Positions 53,652 through 63,300 are shown, numbered from the stretch's first letter. The stretch is DNA of 64,000 nucleotides from Candidatus Harrisonbacteria bacterium RIFCSPLOWO2_01_FULL_44_18 (GCA_001817915.1 MHJJ01000014.1:3695-67694), one strand, 5' to 3'. A program made the numbers and translations. Notes: generated from the sequence alone by a model not told the origin.

Positions 53652-53723
53652 CGCGGGGTAGAGAAGTAGTATCTCGCAAGGCCCATAACCTTGAGATCGT
53701 TGGTGCAATTCCAACCCCCGCAA
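53652..53723 (+). tRNA. initiator tRNA-fMet(CAU)
   Basis: CGCGGGG...CCCCGCA-A with the C1:A72 mismatch and loop CCCATAA. The D-loop (AGTAGTA) and T-loop (TGCAATT) are atypical. Confidence 0.8.
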
Positions 53724-53742
53724 CAAAATTTTTACTTTAATT

Positions 53743-53809
53743 GCCGGCGTAGCTCAGCGGCACCCCGCACTAAAACAAGTTTAGTACGGGGCAAGGAGCG
53801 AGCCAAGAT
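53743..53809 (+). pseudogene. orphan tRNA 5' half with a hairpin inserted in the D-loop
   Basis: GCCGGCG-TA-GCTC-AGCGGCA, then hairpin ccccgcactaaa/tttagtacgggg, then CAAG-GAGC-G-AGCCA... No 3' half was found downstream. Confidence 0.45.
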
Positions 53810-53884
53810 GGCTGGGTAGCTCAGTGGTAGAGCAGGCGTTTCATAAGCGCCAGGTCGCGAGTTCGATCCTCGCCCCAGCCACCA
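53810..53884 (+). tRNA. tRNA-Met(CAU) elongator type (or Ile2, if the anticodon is modified), CCA encoded
   Basis: GGCTGGG-TA-GCTC-AGTGGTA-GAGC-A-GGCGT-TTCATAA-GCGCC-AGGTC-GCGAG-TTCGATC-CTCGC-CCCAGCC-ACCA. Confidence 0.88.
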
Positions 53885-53966
53885 AAATTTGTGATGCCCC
53901 CTTGTTTTATTGCTGTCAGTCTACTAATCTAAGTCCGTACTTTGAAAAGTCATTTTTGGAGGGAAC

Positions 53967-54317
53967 GTGGCGGAGCAATTGGTGTGGGTAGGATTTACGG
54001 CCATCCTTTTTCTTGTCGGACTTTGTGTATTGGGCGCCATTTTGTCAATTGAGAAAAAGTCAAAGCGATACGCATCTTTGGCCGCCCTTTATTTTTTTGT
54101 TTGCGGTATGGTATGCGTTTTCGCGGGATTAGTAACTGCGATGCCCTGGTTTAAATTTTTTATGATGTTGGCGGCCGGGTGTAATCTTATTTGGGGGATA
54201 GAATATGTGCGGCAATATCATAAGGAAAGTAAAAAGGCTTCGCTACCATGTCCCGAGGAAAACCGCGAAAAGCAAAAGACGAATCAGGGCGCGGAGCATT
54301 TTGATAGATACGCGTAA
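53967..54317 (+). CDS. hypothetical membrane protein
   Basis: 116 aa with a GTG start behind GGAGGG and 3 TM segments. Confidence 0.5.
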   Translation: MAEQLVWVGFTAILFLVGLCVLGAILSIEKKSKRYASLAALYFFVCGMVCVFAGLVTAMPWFKFFMMLAAGCNLIWGIEYVRQYHKESKKASLPCPEENREKQKTNQGAEHFDRYA

Positions 54318-54356
54318 GCTTGGAAAGGAGGTGGGATCATAACAGCCACGACTGCT

Positions 54357-54542
54357 ATGGCCGTTTCAGTTGCAGTGATTCTCGTTATATCTATCGCGGC
54401 AACCTTACTTTTCAGACATAGTCGCAGATTACACCTTTTTTGCGGTGTTCGGGATTTGATGTTTGCCGGTTTGTCTTTTCTGTCATTCGCGATTCATAAT
54501 TTTCACTGGCTTTGGTCTTGGGTCCCTTTATATTTTTTTTGA
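54357..54542 (+). CDS. hypothetical small membrane protein
   Basis: 61 aa with 2 TM segments. AAAGGAGGTGGG lies upstream, with a spacing of about 20 nt. Confidence 0.4.
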   Translation: MAVSVAVILVISIAATLLFRHSRRLHLFCGVRDLMFAGLSFLSFAIHNFHWLWSWVPLYFF

Positions 54543-54625
54543 TATCAGGCTTACTGCAGTTGCGTAAAGGAATGGAATCTCCACCAGTATGCGCAGTATG
54601 CAAAGAGTGCACCGACGGTAAAATT

Positions 54626-54649
54626 AATCCCCCTAATTAGGGGGATTTT
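54626..54649 (+). terminator. intrinsic terminator
   Basis: Perfect palindrome aatccccctaattagggggatt followed by a T-run. Confidence 0.75.
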
Positions 54650-54831
54650 ATAATTTTGGAAAATGACTTCGGTGTTTATTCCAATGTTCTTAAGAACTTG
54701 AGAATAACCTTTAATTTCTATATACTTCTATTTCACAATCGAGACATAGAAGTACAGCTTATAATATAAAGAAAAATAATTTATCATCAGAAGAATTCGT
54801 ATTTTCCTCCAAAAATGTTAAAATAATAAGC

Positions 54832-55977
54832 ATGGATATTCAAGATTTACGACATTCTTTTCATCACGAGATCAAAGGCGTTAAAGACGCAAAAACCCTT
54901 GAGGGGTTTAGAATAAAGTATTTAGGGCGCAAAGACGGCGAGCTTACTAAAATTTTGCGTTCACTGAAAGATTTGCCGTTGGCAAAAAAGAGAAAAATTG
55001 GTCCTGCCGCCAATAATTTGCGAAAGGAAATCGAAGTCGCTTTAGAAGCAAAACTTAAGGAGCTACAAACTACAAACTACAAACTACAAACTAGAATTGA
55101 TGTTACTATGCCCGGCAAAAAGATTCCGGTCGGGCATCTTCACCCGCTGACTTTGATGGAAAATAGAATTCGGGAAATTTTCCGCGGTTTGAATTTTTCC
55201 GTTGTTGAAGGCCCGGAGATAGAAACCGAACATTATAATTTTGACGCTTTAAATATTCCGGCTAATCATCCAGCTAGGGATATGTGGGACACCTTTTGGT
55301 TAAAACTTTCTGCCAACGGCGGAAAGTTCGCCCAACCAGATTTGCGAAGCAAATCTGGTTTAGGGCTAAAAACGCAGACTAACGCAGAAAAAATTCCGCG
55401 TGAGTCCGCGTCAAGTCCGCGTGTGTCTGCGCTGTTAAGAACTCACACCAGTCCGATGCAGATTCGTTATATGGAAACGCATCGGCCGCCGTTTCAGATA
55501 ATTGTGCCCGGACGAGTATTTCGTTATGAGGCTACTGACGCTTCCCACGAAATCAATTTTCATCAAGTTGAGGGTTTGATGGTCGGAGAAAATATCAATC
55601 TGGCTAATTTTAAATATATTATTGAGGAATTTTTCCGCCAGCTTTTCGGCGCCGGCACGCATATCCGTTTTCGCCCAAGTTATTTTCCGTTTGTCGAACC
55701 CGGTTTGGAAATAGACATTCTCCTTGACAGGAGCGCAGAAGAACGCGGACTATACGCAGACCAACGTGGAAAAAGTCTGCGTGAATCCGCGTGGTTGGAG
55801 GTGATGGGCGCGGGAATGGTGCATCCCAATGTTTTTCGAGCCGTTGGTTATGATTCCAGAAAGGTCCAGGGTTTTGCTTTCGGTTTGGGCATAGAAAGGC
55901 TGGCGATGATTAAATATAAGATCCCCGATATACGATTGTTCTACTCGGGAGACCTGCGTTTCATTAACCAGTTTTGA
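54832..55977 (+). CDS. pheS: phenylalanine--tRNA ligase alpha subunit
   Basis: 381 aa. Class II motifs include HPARDMWDTF, LLRTHTSPMQIR and FPFVEPGLEID..GAGMVHPNV. Three repeat-derived inserts. Confidence 0.93.
   Translation: MDIQDLRHSFHHEIKGVKDAKTLEGFRIKYLGRKDGELTKILRSLKDLPLAKKRKIGPAANNLRKEIEVALEAKLKELQTTNYKLQTRIDVTMPGKKIPVGHLHPLTLMENRIREIFRGLNFSVVEGPEIETEHYNFDALNIPANHPARDMWDTFWLKLSANGGKFAQPDLRSKSGLGLKTQTNAEKIPRESASSPRVSALLRTHTSPMQIRYMETHRPPFQIIVPGRVFRYEATDASHEINFHQVEGLMVGENINLANFKYIIEEFFRQLFGAGTHIRFRPSYFPFVEPGLEIDILLDRSAEERGLYADQRGKSLRESAWLEVMGAGMVHPNVFRAVGYDSRKVQGFAFGLGIERLAMIKYKIPDIRLFYSGDLRFINQF
55063..55090. repeat. heptanucleotide tandem repeat CTACAAA x4 inside pheS
   Basis: ctacaaactacaaactacaaactacaaa encodes LQTTNYKLQT. 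Confidence 0.9.
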
Positions 55978-56084
55978 TGAATGCCACGATGAATTATGAG
56001 GCACGAATTATGAATTATGCAGCATGAATTTTAGCCGAAGGCCATCCTTGATTCATAATTCCTAATTCATAATTCAACAAAACA

Positions 56085-58055
56085 ATGAAATTTTCCTACA
56101 CATTATTAAAAAAACTGGCGCCCGTTATAAAAAGCTCCGAGCAACTGATGGAAGCCTTAGCTTTTCATGCTTTTGAAGTTGAAAAAGTTGATGGCGATGT
56201 TATAGACATCGTCATTCCTGCTAATCGTTATTCTGATGCCGCCTCGCATTATGGGATGGCCGTGGTAGTGTCGGCAATTTTAGGCAAAAAAACGCCAGAA
56301 TTAAAACTGCCGGCGCTAAAGTCTAAAGCGCAAAGTTTAAACTTCAAAGTTGGCATTGATTCCAAAAAGCTTTGTCCGCGTTACAGCGGACTTTATGCCG
56401 AGATTAACAAGATTGGTAAATCTCCCGAGTGGATGCAAAAAATTTTAATTTCCTGCGGTTTGCGTCCAATTAACAACATCGTTGACGTGATGAATTATGT
56501 GATGCTGGAAATAGGACAACCATTACACGCTTTCGATTTTGACGAAATAGAAAGCGTGAAATCCAAAATCCAAAATCCAAAATCCAAAAATATTGTCGTT
56601 AGATTAGCAAAAGAAGGCGAAAAAATTGAAACAATTGATGGTGGCAAATATGACCTCGATGTAAATGATTTAGTAATAGCGGATGAAAAAGGGGCATTAG
56701 CGATTGCCGGGGTAAAAGGCGGAAAGCGCGCCGAGGTTTCTTTAAAAACTAAACGTATTATTGTTGAGGCGGCGAATTTCGATTCGGTTAGCGTTTACAA
56801 AACTTCTCGGCGGCTCAATTTATTCACTGATGCTTCGGCGCGCTTTTCTCATGGACTAGCACCCGTGTTAGTTGAAAAGGGGATTAAGAGAGCGGCTCAG
56901 CTTTTGAAAGAAGTTTGCGGCGCCAGATTGGGCGATTGGCTCGATGTGAACTATGTGAAGCCGAGTAAAACGATTATCAAGTTTGACGTGGAAAGATTTA
57001 ATAAGTTGACCGGACTTAGTTTAAGCGAAAAAGCGTGTTTGGAATATCTTAAAAAATTAGGATTTCAAGCAAGGGGCAAATTTATTGAGCCGCCGGCTGA
57101 ACGGACCGACATTTTGATTTTCGAGGATTTAGCCGAGGAAATTGTTAATCTTTATGGGTATGACCGGTTGCTTTCGGTTGTCCCGCGCGCGCTCTTGAGC
57201 CCTTCTGGAGCGGAAGATCAAATAGTTCTTAAAGATAAAATCAGAAGCATTCTAACCGGCTTTGGCTTGAGTGAAGTTTATAATTATTCTTTCATCGGAG
57301 AGCCTGATCCGAATCTACAAAATAAATTTTCATTGGTGGAGCTGGTAAATCCAATTGCCGATGATAAGAAATACCTGCGGCCCAGTTTATTTCCTCACTT
57401 GACTAGAAATATCGAAGAGAATTTTCGGTTTTACGATGAAGTAAGGATTTTTGAAATCGGTCGCGTTTTTGCGAAGGCAAGCGGCAAGAACGGTATAGCA
57501 AGCGGCATTAATGAGCAATTGAGTTTGGGGATCGCATTGGGGCTTAAAAAAGGCGCGCCATTTTTGGAGTTGAAAGGAATTGTTGAACAAATGCTCGGAC
57601 AAGCGGGCTTAGTTGATTATTTTACAAAAGAAGACGGCGAAGGTCGTTTACGGCTTGAATCCGATCATCGCACGCTCGGGTATTTAATTGCCAAAGACAA
57701 TAAAGCCCTTGCGGAAATTAATCTTGATGAATTGCTTCAATTGGTGGTCGGCGAAAAAGAATATAGGCCATTGCCGAAATATCCATCGGCGACGCGCGAT
57801 CTTTCATTTATGGTTGACGCTGAAGCGAGAGTAGCCGCGATTCAAAATATTATTGAAAATACCAGCCATTTACTCGATGACGCCGACTTATTGGATTGGT
57901 ACGAAGACCCGAAACTTGGCCCGAATAGAAAAAGTCTTACTTTTCGATTAGTTTTCCAAGCCGAAGATCGAACTTTAACCGATGAGGAAGTCGATCAAGA
58001 GTTAGGCAAAATTGTAGCCAGTTTGAAGGAGAAGTTTGATGTAGAATTAAGATAA
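56085..58055 (+). CDS. pheT: phenylalanine--tRNA ligase beta subunit (short form)
   Basis: 656 aa with B3/4, B5, core and C-terminal FDX-ACB-like regions. Directly follows pheS. Confidence 0.9.
   Translation: MKFSYTLLKKLAPVIKSSEQLMEALAFHAFEVEKVDGDVIDIVIPANRYSDAASHYGMAVVVSAILGKKTPELKLPALKSKAQSLNFKVGIDSKKLCPRYSGLYAEINKIGKSPEWMQKILISCGLRPINNIVDVMNYVMLEIGQPLHAFDFDEIESVKSKIQNPKSKNIVVRLAKEGEKIETIDGGKYDLDVNDLVIADEKGALAIAGVKGGKRAEVSLKTKRIIVEAANFDSVSVYKTSRRLNLFTDASARFSHGLAPVLVEKGIKRAAQLLKEVCGARLGDWLDVNYVKPSKTIIKFDVERFNKLTGLSLSEKACLEYLKKLGFQARGKFIEPPAERTDILIFEDLAEEIVNLYGYDRLLSVVPRALLSPSGAEDQIVLKDKIRSILTGFGLSEVYNYSFIGEPDPNLQNKFSLVELVNPIADDKKYLRPSLFPHLTRNIEENFRFYDEVRIFEIGRVFAKASGKNGIASGINEQLSLGIALGLKKGAPFLELKGIVEQMLGQAGLVDYFTKEDGEGRLRLESDHRTLGYLIAKDNKALAEINLDELLQLVVGEKEYRPLPKYPSATRDLSFMVDAEARVAAIQNIIENTSHLLDDADLLDWYEDPKLGPNRKSLTFRLVFQAEDRTLTDEEVDQELGKIVASLKEKFDVELR
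56562..56589. repeat. heptanucleotide tandem repeat TCCAAAA x4 inside pheT
   Basis: tccaaaatccaaaatccaaaatccaaaa encodes SKIQNPKSK. Confidence 0.95.
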
Positions 58056-59104
58056 TGAAAACATTACGACTAGTTTTACTTCTGGTGTCAGTTGGCATAC
58101 TGGCTTTGGCTGGGGGAGTGTTCGCGCGGTATGGCTATGAAAAGGTTTCGGTGGCGCGCGCGCAAAAGATAGTTCAAAAATCAACCGAGCGTTTGTCGGA
58201 AATTAAGTCTTTTGAATACTCGGCTAAAGCAAAAATTGAGCAAGCTGGGCCCCCGCTTCCTGGGACTTCGGCAGTAATCGCGATAGACGGCGTTTCGGAT
58301 TTTAGTAGCGCGCAGAATCCAAAAAGCCGTTCTCTCTTGACTGTAATGCCCGAAAGTTTTCAGACGACCCTTTTGCCAAAAGACGCAGTTATAAGTTTAG
58401 AAACTAGACATTTGGGGAAAATTTATTATTTGAGACTAGCAATATCACCAGAGCTACTTCCCTTCTTACCACTCCAACTTCCCAAAGATTGGATTAAAAT
58501 TGATTTCGAAGAAGCGCGAAAATCACTTTTACCAAGTTTACCGGGCGTCCCGAAGGGCGCGGAGCAGGTGCGATTGTCCGAAGAGCAAAAAGCTAAACTT
58601 AAAGAGATTATTATCAAAGCCAAGCTTTTAAAGATAACGGCGGTTTTGCCCGGCGAAAAATTGGACGACATAGACACCTACCGCTATGGATTTGTAATAG
58701 ACAAAAACGCCCTTATAGATTTTGCCTGGCAGTTAATAGCATTACAGTTAGAGCTTATGCAGCAAATACAACCAGATCAGCCGGTTGATAAAGAAGCCCT
58801 GGGAAAAGCCAATGCCGATTTTAGAAAAAAGCTGGAAGAGCAGTTAGCGCTAATTGTAATGCCTAAAGGTGAAATATGGATAAGCAAAGCTGATCTTTTG
58901 CCCCGCAAAATATCTTTAGTTTGGGAGCCGACATTTCTTGGACAGACTACACCGACCGGTAAACTGGGCATAGAATTTATCTTTAAAAGTTTTAACCAAC
59001 CCGTAGAAGTACAAATTCCTTTTCCGACGAAATCACTTGAAGAAGTTATGGGGGCGCTTTTTGGCGATTTCTTTGGAGGTATTCCAGCCCCATTAGTAAA
59101 ATAG
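58055..59104 (+). CDS. hypothetical membrane-anchored protein
   Basis: 349 aa with an N-terminal TM segment. ATGA overlap with the pheT stop. Confidence 0.6.
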   Translation: MKTLRLVLLLVSVGILALAGGVFARYGYEKVSVARAQKIVQKSTERLSEIKSFEYSAKAKIEQAGPPLPGTSAVIAIDGVSDFSSAQNPKSRSLLTVMPESFQTTLLPKDAVISLETRHLGKIYYLRLAISPELLPFLPLQLPKDWIKIDFEEARKSLLPSLPGVPKGAEQVRLSEEQKAKLKEIIIKAKLLKITAVLPGEKLDDIDTYRYGFVIDKNALIDFAWQLIALQLELMQQIQPDQPVDKEALGKANADFRKKLEEQLALIVMPKGEIWISKADLLPRKISLVWEPTFLGQTTPTGKLGIEFIFKSFNQPVEVQIPFPTKSLEEVMGALFGDFFGGIPAPLVK

Positions 59105-59157
59105 TCCATAGTTTGTAAACTAATTTTGACATAGAATTGCGACAGAGAGTTGTCGTT

Positions 59158-59216
59158 TCCCAATATCCTTGAGTTGTCATCGAGTTGCCATCTCCCAATA
59201 TCCTTGAGTTGTCATC
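59158..59216. repeat. 24-bp direct repeat x2 (tcccaatatccttgagttgtcatc), 11-bp spacer
   Basis: Copies at 59158-59181 and 59193-59216. The spacer gagttgccatc resembles the end of the repeat. Confidence 0.9.
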
Positions 59217-59251
59217 TCCCGTTATGCGCGCTATAGCGCGCATAACGGGAG
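59214..59251 (+). terminator. 38-bp perfect palindrome plus T-run (terminator-like)
   Basis: tctcccgttatgcgcgcta|tagcgcgcataacgggaga followed by tttt. A second hairpin (gccgcca/tggcggc + tttt) lies at about 59271-59294. Confidence 0.65.
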
Positions 59252-59303
59252 ATTTTAAGTAAATTAATTTAGCCGCCAATTCTGGCGGCTTTTGCGTTAA
59301 TCA

Positions 59304-59549
59304 TCATTCGCGTTCATCATCGGATTTTTCTTGTTCTTCGGGATCAATTCCAATTAGTTCAAACTTCCTTTTTTCAAGCTTTTCCAGCGCCTCAATCAAC
59401 GGCATATCCATTTGTAAAAATCCTTTTTCAATGTGCCCTGCGCAGATTTTAAGAAATCTATCAATCCATAAGGCTTCATGGAGGGCGTCTACCGCTTTTT
59501 CTTCTTCTTGCTTAAAAAATTCATCCGCTTCGCGATCTATGTTGCCCAT
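59304..59549 (-). CDS. hypothetical acidic small protein
   Basis: 81 aa. RBS GGAGGTGGCAG sits before the ATG. Confidence 0.5.
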   Translation of the reverse strand: MGNIDREADEFFKQEEEKAVDALHEALWIDRFLKICAGHIEKGFLQMDMPLIEALEKLEKRKFELIGIDPEEQEKSDDERE

Positions 59550-59688
59550 CTGCCACCTCCTTTCTATACCTATAGTCTAGTTTAATCCATTATAACTCAT
59601 AAAATCAAACGGAATTAAAATCTTGCATTATTGCGTTAATTATGTAAAATTATCACAGTTCTTTACAACCACAATTTAGAGGTCAACG

Positions 59689-59949
59689 ATGCATTTCAAA
59701 ACCGCGTGTCTGCTGGCAGTCGGCCTTATGGACGTTGTTACTTTTAGCTGGGCGATACATATTCATAGAACCGAACTCCATTCTTTCAAAGAAGATTTGT
59801 TATTCGGCGCCGCCGCGTTTTTTGCCCTGTTATTTTTCGCGATTATGTCCAGCCATAGATGTTGTAGGTCAAGGTGGAGGTCAAGCAAGAATACAGAGAA
59901 TACAATCGGCCGCGACGAGTTTTGCCGCGTGGAGAGTAAATATGGCTAA
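59689..59949 (+). CDS. hypothetical small membrane protein
   Basis: 86 aa with 2 TM segments. Confidence 0.4.
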   Translation: MHFKTACLLAVGLMDVVTFSWAIHIHRTELHSFKEDLLFGAAAFFALLFFAIMSSHRCCRSRWRSSKNTENTIGRDEFCRVESKYG

Positions 59950-60232
59950 GAGATCAGGTGGTCAAAGGCTTTGTTTGCGTTGCGGCAAAGCAAAAGTCGC
60001 TTCTTGCAGAATTACTCGTGACCTCTGTTTGGAAATTGAATTGATTTTAAGGCGAGATCCTCAGTTGCCGCAGAGAGTCAAGAGATCATTGAACGAGATA
60101 GATAAAAGATTTTATTGGACTCTTAAAAATGGTGTTTTATACCCCTCCGAGAAGCTGGCAAAAAGAGGCGAAAAACCTCACAAATTGCTTAGCGGCGGCC
60201 GCGCTTCCAAGAAAAGATCGCCAAAACACTAG
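59942..60232 (+). CDS. hypothetical basic protein with a CxxC pair
   Basis: 96 aa beginning MAKRSGGQRLCLRCGKAKVASC. Start chosen inside the longer ORF 59735-60232. Confidence 0.4.
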   Translation: MAKRSGGQRLCLRCGKAKVASCRITRDLCLEIELILRRDPQLPQRVKRSLNEIDKRFYWTLKNGVLYPSEKLAKRGEKPHKLLSGGRASKKRSPKH

Positions 60233-60319
60233 CCAGCCAAATCAGGTTGGTTTTTTATTTGTTTTTGACGATGAAATTTGCTATAATTAAATAGTCTTAA
60301 AAGAGGTCTATTTATTAAA

Positions 60320-63300
60320 ATGGCTAAAACAAAAGCAAAAAAAGCGAGTAAAAATGAGGAGAAACAGCCTTCTTATACTGCCAAAGACATTTATGTTTTG
60401 GAAGGATTGGAGCCGGTTCGAAAGCGGCCGGGGATGTATATTGGCACAACTGATGTTGCTGGCCTACACCACCTAATTTATGAAGTCGTTGATAATTCAA
60501 TTGACGAGGCGATGGCCGGATACGCGAAAAATATTCAAGTTGAGTTTTTGCCGGGCAATCGGATAGCGGTAACCGATGATGGCCGCGGCATTCCGGTAGA
60601 GATTCATAAACAAACCAAAAAATCCGCGCTTGAAACCGTGATGACAACTTTGCATGCCGGAGGGAAATTTGGCGGCGAATCTTATAAAGTCTCCGGCGGC
60701 TTGCATGGCGTCGGCGTTTCGGTAGTTTGCGCCCTCTCAAAGTGGATGAAAGCGGAGGTTTGCCGCGATAAAGGACTTTATGTTCAAGAATATGAGCGCG
60801 GTAAACCGCAATATAAAGTTAAAAAAATAGCAAAGTGCGATAGTACCGGCACTAAAGTAACTTTTGAGCCGGATCCGGAAATTTTTAAAACGATTGAATT
60901 CGACCGCAAGCGCGTCTTGGATCATTTGCGCCAGCAAGCTTTTCTTACTAAAGGCGCAAGAATCGAAGTCATCGATATTCGCGAAAAAACGCCTTTTTAC
61001 CACGCCTTCTATTTTGACGGCGGACTTTTATCATTTATCAAATTTCTTAACCGCAGCGAAAAACCGCTGCAAGAGACGCCTTTTTACATTAATAAAACCT
61101 CGGAGGGCGTGGAGGTTGAGGCGGTTTTTACTTATAATAACGAATTGGAAATTCAGGAATTGAGCTTTGCCAATAATATTTATACTCCTGATGGCGGGAT
61201 GCATTTGACCGGTTTTCGTTCGGCCTTAACCCGCACTTTAAATGATTATGCTCGCGGCAACGATTATGTTAAAAAAGATGAAGATAATTTGACTGGTGAT
61301 GATGTGAGGGAGGGTCTTGTTGCCATTGTTTCGGTGAAAATTCGCGAGCCGCAATTTGAAGGCCAGACTAAGGCAAGGTTAGGAAATTCTGAAGCCAGGA
61401 CGGCGGTTGAGGGCGTTATCGGTGAAGCGCTTAAGGAATTTTTGGAAAGAAATTCTGTCGATGCCAGGCGTATCATGGAAAAATGCCTGTTGGCCGCTAA
61501 GGCCAGGAAAGCGGCTAAAGCGGCGAAAGAAACCGTGCTACGCAAGGGGATTTTAGAAGGATTAACTCTGCCCGGAAAATTAGCCGATTGTAGTTCAAGA
61601 AACCCCGAAGAATCGGAGTTGTTTATCGTGGAAGGAGATAGCGCCGGTGGGTGTTTTTTCGGTGAAACAAAAGTAGCTTTATTAGATGGAAGGAATATCT
61701 CGTTTAAAGATTTAGTTGAGGAAGAAAAAAAAGGAAAGAAAAATTTTTGTTATACCATAAAAAAAGATGGCCATATTGGCGTTGCTCCTATTTTAAATCC
61801 AAGAATAACCAGGCAGAATGCTAAAGTGGCTAAGGTTATTTTGGATAATGGTCAAGAAATTATATGTACGCCAGGTCATAAGTTTATGCTTAGAGATGGC
61901 ACTTTTAGAGAGGCCAAAGATTTAAATTGCAGAGATTCTTTAATGCCTTTATATCGAAAAAAATCGGAGATTGGAGGGCGAATAACAATTGATGGGTATG
62001 AAATGGTCTACAATCCTAAAGAAAATTTTTGGAGGTTTACTCATGTTTTATCAGATGGGCTTAATTTAGAAAATAAAACGTATTTTGAAACTAATGGACC
62101 ACAAAGGCACCATAAAGATTTTAATAAATTAAATAATAATCCGAATAATATTACCCGACTATCCAAAGAAGATCATTTTAGAATCCATCAAGAAATTGCC
62201 CTGACCGTATTGAGAAGCCCAGAGGTTTTAGAAAAATTAAGGAAAATAAGGCAATCCCCCGAATATAGAAATAGGATAAGCAAAAAAATGCGCGAGCCCA
62301 GAATGAGAGCCATACTTAGCGAAAGAGCCAAAAAACAATGGGAAAACGAGAATTATAAAAAATTTATGGCTCAGAAGTTTTTAGGATTTTATAAAAATAA
62401 TGAGGAATACAGAAATAAAAATAAAAAATTACTGTACAAAAGCCAGATGGAGTATTGGAACAACGAAGACAACAGAAAGAAACAAGCCGAAAGGGTTAGA
62501 AATTATTTCCATAAAAATTTAGTCATAAGGTCTTGGCTTTCTCAAATCGCGAAACAGCAGTGGGATGATTCAGCTCTAATAAAATGGAGGGCGAACAAAA
62601 CCAAAGAACAATGGACTCAAGCATTTAGAATTAAAAGGAGCATGGCTTATAGCAAGACATATAAAGAGAAGGCCCTGAAATTGCTAAAAGAACTTTTTGA
62701 TGGAAATGGGAAAATTGAAAAAGGAGAATATACACGGGAAAGACTTATTAGAAAAGACAAATCTATCCTTAGATATGAAACCATTTGTGAAAGATTTTTT
62801 GATAGTGATGAAAATAAATTGAAAGAAGCCGTAATAAATTACAATCATAAAATTAAAGCAGTGATTCCATTAGAAGAAAAGATGGACGTATACGATATAG
62901 AGGTTCCCAATACTCACAATTTTGCTCTTGCTTCTGGAGTTTTTGTTCATAATAGTAGTAAGCAAGGACGTGACCGGCGAACTCAAGCAATTCTTCCGCT
63001 TAAGGGCAAGATTTTGAATGTGGAAAAATCAAGGATTGATAAAATGCTTTTGAACAAAGAGATTAAAGCGTTAGTGGTTGCCATAGGAACGGCGATAGCC
63101 GAGTCGTTCGATATCAATAAATTGCGCTACCATAAAGTGATTTTAATGACTGACGCCGATGTTGACGGATCGCATATCCGGACTTTGCTTTTGACTCTTT
63201 TTTATCGCTACTTTCCCCAAATTATTGACGAAGGCCATCTTTACATCGCCCAACCCCCGCTTTATCGCGTTCAAAAAGGCAAAGAAATAAGCTATATTTA

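Noticed and set aside
54543-54625. 22-codon Cys-rich mini-ORF (MESPPVCAVCKECTDGKINPPN) and the 23-codon ORF at about 39230-39301.
   Set aside because: Neither has a properly spaced RBS, and I cannot assess conservation. They are mentioned only as possibilities.
59735-60232. Full-length 165-aa ORF.
   Set aside because: Its 5' part overlaps the 86-aa membrane ORF in another frame. The internal start at 59942 (MAKRSGG...) gives a more coherent basic protein. Both annotations remain low confidence.
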